From the NCBI GenBank assembly GCA_051362555.1, contig CM120649.1, forward strand, positions 4,960,001 through 5,024,000: a DNA stretch of 64,000 bases. Reading direction: 5' to 3'. This DNA comes from Lingula anatina. Its lineage: Eukaryota > Animalia > Brachiopoda. The notes beneath the pieces were generated by a model. The model was not told the origin of the DNA, did not search any database, and was given only the letters and a program-made list of their open reading frames with translations. Positions within the stretch are counted from its first letter, which is position 1; every line of letters starts with the position of its first letter. Position numbers and translations under genes: made by a program. Positions 51,501 to 61,500 of the stretch are shown in pieces.

Positions 51501-54500
51501 GATTATAAGAGAGTTGTACAGATTGGGTTACGAGGGACGGGATATGCAATGGAGGATTATGAATGGGGGAAAAAAGAGGTGGTTTTATAGTCTTCGAATG
51601 AGTCTGCTGATGAGTAGGTCCTAGCTGTTTAGAATCCCTGCTGGCAGCACATTTCAAAAGCTAAAGGCATTTCCCCAAACTGTTATTGTGTGCTGGCTTC
51701 TGCTAGAATTATGAAAAAAATTAAGGAATGCATTTTTTCTTTAATTCAAGTGATGATTTATATTATCATTCATGATTGTATGTTTTTTTTTTCTTTTAGT
51801 GACCCATACGCAGTGTTTTTTCATTGCATGTGTAAGATAAGTTCCTTCCCTTCATTCCACCCATCACTGCATTTGTCAGTCTGTCCTTCTGTATTTGTCT
51901 ATATTCCTTTCAGTCTGTCTGTCATTTTTGGTTCATGTTGGTCCATGTATCTCCAAGCCACCTTCAGTGTGCTTTAGCATATAACACATACTTTATACTT
52001 GACAATGTTCAATAATTTTTTGACATCTTGAACAAAATTCGGGCATGTCATTGCCACTGCATTACCTTGATGTTGTTGCACAGCTAAATAGCTAAGTGGA
52101 ACAGTCTTGGCAATATATCTGTCTTGCCATTAACTGGATGGGCATAATTATAAAACTAGGCATATTATTTTATAAACTTTAGAAAGTTTTGACTAAAACT
52201 TTTAATGTTCGTATGGACCCCATCTCATAATATCCTTTATTTATTTATTAATTAATTTATTTATTTATTTATTAAAATTGATATTTTTTAACCAAATGGA
52301 TGACCTTGTAGTTAGTGTCTGCAGCCTTCAGAGCGGGGTGATATGGGTTCGACCTACCATCTGATATATCGGGGGGGGGGGGGGGGGGGCTAAAATAGTA
52401 TACAAAGTTTCACAGTGCCTTTCAACTAGCAGACCCTCCACAGCGTAAAATTAAATGTAGATTCTAAAAATTTCTCTTTGAATCTTGATTTAGATTTCAA
52501 CCCCTTTGTAATCACACCTCAGAAAGTCAGATTTTTTGTTTTCCAGAACAATGTATGTGAACTTCTATAGAAAAAGCGAAGAGTCCTAACACTGTGACTG
52601 CTTAGTATAACTGTCAAACTTCCAGGGGAAACATGGGCCCGTGGGACTTATACACATTGACGCTCACGATGATACAGAAGAAGGCATGATGGGGGCCCCT
52701 ATTTTCCATGGGTCACCGTTTTATTTAGCCTGCGAGGAGGGTTGTCTCGACACAAAAAGAGTTGTACAGATCGGTTTACGAGGATCAGGGTTTGGGGCCA
52801 AGGATTATTCATATGCAAGGAAAAAGGTGGCAAAATTGCTTGTCCATGGATGATTTAAGTTGACTTTACAATTGGCTAACCGCAATTGCACTTTTTTTAA
52901 CAACACACAAATTAGAATTTTTGGTGTTCTTTCAAAAAAAACTACAACAGAACAGACTTTCATTTCCTAAAATGTAATATTTTAAATATATTTTAATATC
53001 TTTTATATTTTTTTGCCACTGTTGAAAATAGATAGAGTGTGCATTGCTTGCCTCTTTGTTACTGTATCAGTAGCATTCCTAGACCTGTAGCCACGTTTGC
53101 ATACATGCAGCATTTTCAAATGGCGAAGGGAGTACATCTTTCTCTGAAAAAGTGAATCTTTTTATCCCTTAAGCTGAACCACCTTGAGACATGGGATAAA
53201 ACCTGGATTAAATTTTGATTCAGCCCCTGGAACATTTTGACCAAAATGGTGGTGCTTTTCCCCCAAACACCCCGAAAATCCCCATGTCCATGGTCCTGGT
53301 TGCGTGTTCCAAATACAAATGCTTATGAAAAAAATTAGTGAAATGAAAAAATCAAATAGTTTGATCAGAAACACGGTTAGAAATGGTACAGTGAGAAAAA
53401 ATAATAATATAAAAAGGAAAAAATATTAGAAAAATCCAAATGTGTCTTCAAAAAATACACCAAAGACAGTGCAGAATCTCTTTTGTTGTAGTTGTAGTTT
53501 TGTGTGTTGTGCTCGTTTCCCAGTGTTTGACTTCATTACACCCGTCTTCATTACACATTTTTCCAAATCATACTATATGCTTTAGCTTAGGCAGGTACAG
53601 CAATTGCCCTGGGTGTCACTAAAAGAGGGGACCACTAAAAGATTTAGGCTTCGTTCACATGCAATGTCTATTTTCTAAATTCTATTTTCTATTTGCGGCA
53701 TGTCTTATGATCACGGTCTGTGCCCTGAATATCCCGCCGCGTAATTACTGGCAGCGCGAGCCAGTTACTATAAGTTACTATAAGTAACTGGCTCGCGCTG
53801 CCAGTAATTACGTGGCGGGATATTCAGGGCACAGACCATGATCATAAGATAGCGCGAATAGAAAAAAGAATTTAGAAAATAGACATTGCATGTGAACGAA
53901 GCCTTATTGTAACCTTTTATCATCTATTTGTTCTCTTTTGTCTTCTGTTTGTTTCATTGTCAGTGCTATTCTCTGTAGAAAAAACACCGCTTTACAGATT
54001 TCTTCCTTTTGATTGAAATTGGTGTCTTACCTTTACATTGCCTTGGGCTAGTTTCAGAAAAGAACTTAAGACTAAAAAAAAAAAAACAAAAGTATATGTA
54101 TATTAAATTGAAATGTTAAATAAAATAATAACACTGTATTCTAAAAAGAAAGAAATTCTGACTTATGTTTAGACTAATTGGTACTTTTTTAAAATTATTT
54201 TAGTGGACGACTTAATTTTTGACCTTATAGATGACACACAACATTTTTTAGGTATATAAAAGTTATTTTTTTGAAACTGGCCATAAGGTTTTCAATACAT
54301 GTTGTTCCCTTCTTAATTTCATCTGCTGCCTGCTTTTTATTATGCAGAAAATGCTTTTGTTGCCTTTGATAATTATTCATTCTTATAATTAAAGATTGTC
54401 ATAATATTAAAAATGTGTTATTAAATGATTTTATATTTGTTCAAGTGAAAAAAAAAAAAAAAAAACATTAGTTTCTTAGTTGGTAAATCCAGTTGATGAA

Positions 54501-56309
54501 TATTTGATTATAATTATTCATTCAAACTTGAGAAGGAAAAATGCAAACATTTAGCATCCAGTGCATAAAACCTTTCATATTAGTGTAAATGTAAATATTT
54601 TTCCAATAAAAAATGTAGCATTAGAATTTCAAATAATGCTGTCCATTTATAACTTGAGGCATTATTCCCTGTATATATAAAGAATATTTTATGTTCTAGG
54701 GTTTCCGAATAGTCCAGGCACATGAGTGTTGGCACAAGTCACTCGCCCCTCTCATGGAGGAGGTGAGGGAGATGATGGGGGATGGCCCTGTCTACATCAG
54801 TTTTGATATTGATGGCATTGACCCTGCCTTTGCTCCTGGGACAGGTGAGAGAGAGAGAGAGAGAGAGAGAGAAGAACAAAAAGAGAGAGAGAGAGAGAGA
54901 GAAAGGAACAAAAAAAGAGAGAGATAAAGGAGAGAGAGCAAAAAAAAGAGAGAGAAAGAGAGGGGCAGAGAGAGATAAAGAGAGAAATTAAAGTAGTGAG
55001 GCAGAGAGAGAGAGAAATAAATGAGAGAGACTCAGAGAGATCTAGGGGAAAAAGAGGCAAATAGCCTGTCAGTTAGGGAGAGCCATTTTGTGATAAATGA
55101 CATAAGTTTAAATAACCAATGAAGACAGACAGGTAACAAGAGAGAATGCTGCCTGGTTGTACTGTATTCTTTATTCTTTCTTGAATCAACAAATAACTGT
55201 GAAACTAAAAGGAAAATAAATAACAATAATAAATAAATAATAAATATCTCATAAAACAGTCTCATCAAACCAAATTTGTGTGTTACTATACAGTTACATG
55301 TGATATTGCTAACACTATTGTGAGACCAAACACTAGTAGCAACTACAGTACATTCTCTAATTTGAAACATGTACATTGTACACTTTTAATCTAACAATAA
55401 AGTGTGAATAACATTACTTTAAAACAATATCATAAATGTCACATGCTTACTTTTTTGCTCTCTTCTAAGGTCTCCTAAGCTGAGGTCCTGCCTGTCTCAC
55501 TTCTTTCAAATGTCTGCCAAATTCAGCACAGAAAATGCTAGCAGGTCATGTGGACTACTTCTCACTTATGCAGATTATAAGTTGAGAGACTGAGATTGTG
55601 CTAGTTGTGCTTCTAGTACTGCTGGTGCAATCATTGCACCTACACAACACAATATATTATATTATATTATATTATATTATATTATATTATATTATATTAT
55701 ATTATATTATATTTCAGGCACCCCAGAGATAGCAGGTTTGACCCCAATCCAGGCACTGGAAATCATACGTGGTTGCCGGGGTCTAAACGTTGTGGGGGGA
55801 GACTTAGTAGAGGTGAGATCTCGTGGGGGGATATCCAGATGACAGGGATTTAATGTGTAAATACGTCATGAAATGTGCTACCTGTATTAACAAAACACTT
55901 GCTGATCCCAGATGCTGCAGTTACATGTGTGCGTGTGATTGATTGTGTGTGTGTGTGTGTTTAGCGGGGGGGGAGGGGGGGGGGGGTAATGTTTCAATCC
56001 CTTAACTGCTGTGCTGGACATATATTAAGTAGTTACTGCAGACAAGGTAATTGTAATGGGAGGTCACAAGGATTATCAGTGGTTCATTCTGCTTCATTTG
56101 ATGTACGTGGGAGAAGCTTGGAGGGGACTTGTGGTCTGCTGTACCCCATCTCCCCTTGATCAGGCAAGTTAATTGTAACTGAAACTTCCTTCTTTCTTCT
56201 CTAGGTGTCACCACCTTATGATACAACAGGCAATACAGCCTTACTGGCAGCTAATCTGCTGTTTGAGATGCTCTGTGTGTTCCCTGGTGTGAAGTATGCT
56301 GATGTATAG
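47452..56309 (+). CDS. AGMAT: Agmatinase / guanidino-acid hydrolase (ureohydrolase family), 347 aa with any one exon 4, probable mitochondrial presequence
   Basis: Exons 47452-47638, 48140-48265, 48514-48698, [one of four 201-nt exon 4 copies], 54700-54844, 55718-55812, 56205-56309. Motifs [25 protein letters not shown], DAHx[29 protein letters not shown]. The N-terminus is basic, lacks acidic residues and contains RTFQGS. Confidence 0.93.
49157..49357 (+). CDS. AGMAT: AGMAT alternative exon 4a
   Basis: atacag|GAA...AAG|gtgctg, 201 nt, phase 0/0. [67 protein letters not shown]. Confidence 0.9.
50598..50798 (+). CDS. AGMAT: AGMAT alternative exon 4b
   Basis: gtccag|GAG...CAG|gtgttt, 201 nt, phase 0/0. 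[67 protein letters not shown]. Confidence 0.9.
51378..51578 (+). CDS. AGMAT: AGMAT alternative exon 4c
   Basis: gtccag|GAA...GAG|gtggtt, 201 nt, phase 0/0. [67 protein letters not shown]. Confidence 0.9.
52305..52356 (+). mobile_element. Possible decayed tRNA-derived SINE head
   Basis: tagttagtgtctgcagccttcagagcggggtgatatGGGTTCGAcc has A-box/B-box-like spacing but no full cloverleaf. Confidence 0.25.
52626..52826 (+). CDS. AGMAT: AGMAT alternative exon 4d
   Basis: ttccag|GGG...AAG|gtggca, 201 nt, phase 0/0. [67 protein letters not shown]. Confidence 0.9.
53647..53903. mobile_element. Near-perfect palindromic PIF/Harbinger (Tourist-like) MITE
   Basis: tta-GGCTTCGTTCACATGCAATGTCTATTTTCTAAATTC ... 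GAATTTAGAAAATAGACATTGCATGTGAACGAAGCC-tta. The arms pair over about 120 bp; TTA target-site duplication. Confidence 0.9.
54846..55040. repeat. GA-rich low-complexity tract
   Basis: Interrupted (GA)n directly after the AGMAT exon 5 donor. Confidence 0.9.
55652..55712. repeat. (ATATT)n microsatellite
   Basis: About 12 units ending a few nt before the AGMAT exon 6 acceptor. Confidence 0.95.
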
Positions 56310-56348
56310 ACACTACTGACTGCAGTTTTTTTTTCCACCTGGGACACA

Positions 56349-56600
56349 GGAATCATTCCCAGACCTATCGTACTAACTGTGGATCAATCTATCTCCAGGA
56401 GGATTATCGCTAAATTGTAATCAACTTAAGTGGCTTAGCTGTCTGTCATGCCTACTGAAGCTGTTAAGGAGTAATTAAGTATTGTTTAGCAGATTTAGTA
56501 GGTGTGTAAAACATCCAAGCCGCTTAAGCTGAAAGCAGTTTAGCAAGAACTTGGAGATGGATCGATCCTGTTAGATTGATCTAGGTATGAGAAGTCAGCC
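56349..56600. mobile_element. Degenerate fold-back MITE in the presumptive AGMAT 3' UTR
   Basis: Left atcattcccagacctatcgtactaactgtggatcaatctatctccagg...cttaagtggctt is imperfectly complementary to right aagccgcttaag...cttggagatggatcgatcctgttagattgatctaggtatgagaa. It resembles the arms at 31149 and 34817. Confidence 0.6.
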
Positions 56601-57913
56601 ATAGACAAGCAAGGGTATATTTTAGTTAGTAGTTGTTATTTTTTTAAATCTTATTAATCTTCTAACATTTTGTAAACTGGTGCCATTTCTGCTGCAGGGT
56701 TTGTCATGTCTGGACTTAAAACTAAAGTTCTTTTCTGAAACTTTCAGGGAGCCTGTTAAAATAATAATTCTCAGGAAAAAACATTTCCATTTTGTGTGCA
56801 TACAGCCAAAGGAAAACCAAAATTGTATTGCATTCTAGTCTGTGTTAAGACAACAAGATACCTTAGGAAATGACCCAAAGAAAAACAACCGAAGTTGACT
56901 AACTTTGTTTACTACCAAAGCAACAAATGTATAGTATTACACATGTATCATATATGAAACCATGTTCCAAATGTATTTATTTATTTTCTTACTTATTTAT
57001 TTATTTAATATGTATTTTTTTTTACTAATTATGTTTAAAATACATGTGGACTCTACATAAAATGGATGCCTAATCATGATGGATAAAAAACATAACACAT
57101 GCTGTTTTTAATATTAAATTTATTCCAAGCATTTTATAAAATGTGAAACAATGTATTAACAAAACAGTCAAGTGAGTACTGCTGTCAAATTTTATTTGTA
57201 TATTTTAATTGCGTATAAAATTATAGAAAAAATTTGATGAAAAGTACTTGCACGTCAATTGCACATCAAGTTGGAAGCAATGAAACAGTTGATATTGTTT
57301 TCAAAATTATGTATTCTCCAGTTTAGTAAGGAGATTTTTATATTATAAAAATAGGCAATAGGCGGGATATTGTTTAAAATATTGTTTATAATACAAAGCT
57401 GCAACTGCCCATGTGGGATTATGTACTCAAACATGCAATAAAATAACATAGCTGTTACCATCAGGTATTTGTGTCTTTTCTTCATACATGCTTTTTCTTA
57501 TCATATGTTTCTTCTCTTCTTTTCCACCTAGAGTTTTAAATCTCATCTGGTGAATATTCGCTCTCTGTCAGCATGTTATTGGAGAATTTCCCAGCTCCAC
57601 ATTATACTTGTAACTGGGGTGTTTTTTAATCCAGTGATTAGGCATGTTGCCAGTGTGAGATACAGAATCGGTCAAAAGGTACTGAATAAAATGTATGAAA
57701 GCAAGGCTGGCTGAAAAAATAGGATAAATATATAAGCAGACATTTGAATTGAATGGAAGAAAATACTGGCCATACAATCAACAAGAGTTTGAATAACACA
57801 GTTTGTAAATATAATTCATCAGCTGCTTTCCCAGTAAATGTATATACAAATGTGGGGTTTAAAAGAATTAAATATTGTGTTTTGTGGTCATATTAAAACA
57901 ATCAACATGATTT

Positions 57914-58197
57914 CCCGCACGAAAATGCAGCAGTATCGAAGTAGCAAAGAAGCATTAACGCAGTAGTGGTGTGGAGCATATTTGCAGTAGAAATGCAGCA
58001 TACCCTACTGCAATTCTACTTAAAAAATTACATAGGGTTGTACAGAGGAGGAGCATTAATGCAGTAGATTAGCAGCATGATAGAAGCATGTTTCAAATAT
58101 GCTAATTAGCTCCCAATGCGAAGTAGATTTGAGGCATATTTGCAGTATGATTGCAGTAGTCTACTGCGCTGGAGCATCTACTGCGTTTTCGTGCGGG
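57914..58197. mobile_element. CACTA/EnSpm-like MITE
   Basis: tt-CCCGCACGAAAATGCAGCAG ... CTACTGCGTTTTCGTGCGGG-tt: an 18/20 TIR match with a 2-bp TT duplication and internal GCAGTA subterminal repeats. Confidence 0.8.
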
Positions 58198-58533
58198 TTA
58201 AACCATCTAACATGCAAATGCCCATTTAAAATGGAACTTAAACTGTTATCTTGGTGGTATGAAAGCTATTAAAAATAAGTATATTAACATCAGTTTTTTT
58301 AAAGGAAGACATTGTTTGTAACAAAAACCGGATAAAATATATTAAAATTTAGATAAAAGTTTATAACTGGCATTCAACAATTGGTTGTGGAAGAACAGTA
58401 TTTACAAAGCGTCAATGCACAGACTCATCTGTTTTTAAATATTTCCCACGCTCAACGAGAGGCGATTTCAACCATTGTTTTATCACACGTTTTGAACAGT
58501 GTGATTCATCGTATTGCAATGGGCAATAAAAAT

Positions 58534-61500
58534 CTAAAAATTCTCCTTCCGGAAGTTGAAGCCGAATTGTCGACATTTGGCCCTCAGCGTTCCTGCCAGA
58601 GCTGGATTCCCACAGAAGAAGACGGTCACTTTCCCGTGCTTTGTTCTCTTTATCTCCGAGAAAACCTGGAGTCATGAAATAATGTTTTTATCAAATTATT
58701 CTCGATTTTATTCACGTAGGAGTGCATGTGTATGTTTGCATGCCAACCAATTACAAAGAATAGTGTGTAAAATATTTTACGTTATAATAGTGAATAAACA
58801 ATATACTTCATAAAGACTTGCACTCCTGACAAGTATAATGACATACGGAGAGTAAATAAATATAAATGTGTTCAAAAACTCGAAGTTGCATAAATAACAG
58901 AGAGGGTGCTAAATGGGTTAACATTCCTTAATCAATGCTTATATTAGACGAAATATAAATACATGATACTATAGAATAAACCACGTGACATACCTGATCC
59001 CAGTCGGGTCTTCCCGCCTGTGTTCGTGTCCTCAGTCCCGTGATCTTGTCACGTGCTTCTTTGCTGTGCACGAGGTCCAGCGCCATTTGCAGAAGAACGC
59101 CCTTCAGGTCGTTTTTCTTTACAGCTGCTGTCAGATAAACATTCATGTCTGGAATAATACAAGAAATCTTCAAAGATATTACTATCATCCGTCGTCATTT
59201 ATTTTTTTCCATTGATTTGTATATTATTTCATTTATATTCCACTAATCTCATTCATTTTAAAAGATTTGTCTTTATCTTGTTTTTATTTATTTATTTATT
59301 GAATTATTTTCAATTTTTGAAAAGAAAGAGACAGATTGTCATTTTGTATATGAAACCAATATGTTTGCTGTTGACTGAATCTTATCTGTAATCGGAGGGG
59401 TTGCCCGGACAACACTGGCTTTATTTATTCCCTCCTAAATAGATAAATAAACGAAAAAAAAAAGACAACAGTTTACCCAGGAAGTGTTCCAGCCCACTGC
59501 CCTCCTCTTGCTGTTCTATCTCTAACTGACTCATAAGACTGACGAACCACTCAAACGCTTTTTGATCTCGGGATATCCAGAAGAAATCAACCTGTTGTAA
59601 TTGATAAATAAATAAATAATGTTATAAATGAATAAATAAATAAATAAACAATGACATGAAGAAACAAATAAATAAATACAATTATAATTAACAATGTGAT
59701 GGATAAACAAACAAATTATATGATAAATATGACAAATAAGTAATATTTTACATAAATAATGTAATGAATAAACAAATAAATAAATAAAAGGATAAATAAA
59801 CAAACAAATAAATGAATAAAATAACGTATATAAAAACATGCAACATTATTAAAACACGATTTTTAAAATTGATAATTATTAAGTCACCTTTTTGAGATTT
59901 TTCAAGGTAATCGGCCGTTTGTCGGTCCAGCCGTGGTTACACCTTGGGCACACGTGTCTGGCTATTTTGTAGCGCAGCATAATACTCTGCAGTATACTGG
60001 CGAACGGTGTCACCCCAATACCACTGGCTATCAGTACTGCGTGTTCAGCGGAGAAGATGTGAGCCGAGGGAGAACCGTAAGGGCCGTCAAGGTACACCTG
60101 AAAATCAGACATGAGGATCTGTATAGTATGGGATTCAACAGGTATGTTATTTCTTTAATTGTTGCGGCCTGTGTGCCAGCAATTGTGTGACTTTATTACC
60201 TAACGAAAGGTTAATTAAAAGACGTAGAAATGTTGGAGCGCAATGACTTTTATTCTTGCAGGAAAATAACTGAAAAAATTATTACCGTTGTAACAGAGAA
60301 ATGAAAATAGTAAGGGGTGTGCATTTCATCCCATGGTGAAATAACCTGCACTCGAAATTTATATAACACTTTTGTTTATGCGAAACTATGAAAATTAATT
60401 CTCCAAAGCGGCTCTGCTTTGAACTTTACGACACGTATTTTCGGTCGTATGCTAAATAAATATTGATAAATATTTAACGTGTGTAAATGTCCTCAAACTG
60501 TCATGAAATAAACTCTTCGTAATAAAACTGACCTCTAGCGACTCCTCTTGCGGTGCCTCCTCGTTATCAGGCTCAACTTTGTACACAAACGGCGCGTTGG
60601 TCAAATGGCCAAAGTTCTGACCATGCGACTCTCGCCCCCATTTGGTCAAGCGGCGTTGCAAAACCGTCTTTCGCCTCTTAATCACATTTTCCTCGGCACC
60701 CAACCCCCCATCTTCTCCTGGAACCTGCAGCTTGTTTCTCTTGGCTGGCGTTGGCTTCAGTGACGGATCTTTTTTGCTCTCATCGACGTTTGGGATTTCA
60801 ATGTTAACTTCGCTTTCGTCCGCTTGGAACGAAGTATTCTCGTAAGGGTGATCGTGTTTCGTATCATCACACTCCTCATAAACGTCTTCATCGCTCTGAC
60901 ACACGTCCTCGCCCTCCGTTGGTACCTGTAAGCTGTTCCGTTTCTCCTCTTCGTCTGCTTCAAGAATATCTGAAAACCTGTTGAGGAGCTTTTGGCCATT
61001 GGCCTTCCCGTTGGGAGAACGACCGGAATTGTCCTCTGCCTGGTGCAGGAGACTCGGCGTGATGATTGACAGCCTACGCCCCGCCCTCCCCTTCATGCTC
61101 TTGCCCTTGGAGGACAGCGCTCGGCTCCAACGTTTCCGCTTCTCGTCGAAGAAGTCGTAAAGCTTGTTGGTCCATTGCCCCACGCCGCGAATGTGCAGCC
61201 ATATGTATTCTGAGAGAACAGATGGATATTATGAATGATTATGAATAATGATAATAAATTTTATTATTATAGTGTATCTAAAAGTAATATTAAAATATAA
61301 TATTAAAATATATAGATAATGAATAAGAGAAAATGTGTAAACATTATTTTTGACTTCAAAATTCATTTTGTATTAACATCTGTAAAGTTCTGTACCTGTG
61401 CCTATTTCAGATTGGCCTGAACTGTTGCATGCGCTTTAGCTTTTCGATCTTTATAATGTTTTAATTCAGTATAATTTTGAGGTAACTGTTTATAGGTCAA

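Noticed and set aside
52305-52356. tRNA gene
   Set aside because: It has a B-box-like GGTTCGA but no acceptor stem or full cloverleaf; at most a decayed SINE head.
49157-52826. The four exon-4 copies as an assembly artefact or as four separate AGMAT genes
   Set aside because: The copies are only about 60% identical in protein and their flanking introns are unrelated, so they are not mis-assembled duplicates. No extra copies of exons 1-3 or 5-7 lie between them.
53285-53325. Possible fifth exon-4 relic (tgtccatggtcctggttgc, reads HGPG)
   Set aside because: Similarity ends after three codons; no AG acceptor and no DAHxD or QIGLRG.
58381-58813. Several short ORFs on both strands near 58.4-58.8 kb
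   Set aside because: They are explained by the terminal NOX5 exon (58665-58534) read in other frames.
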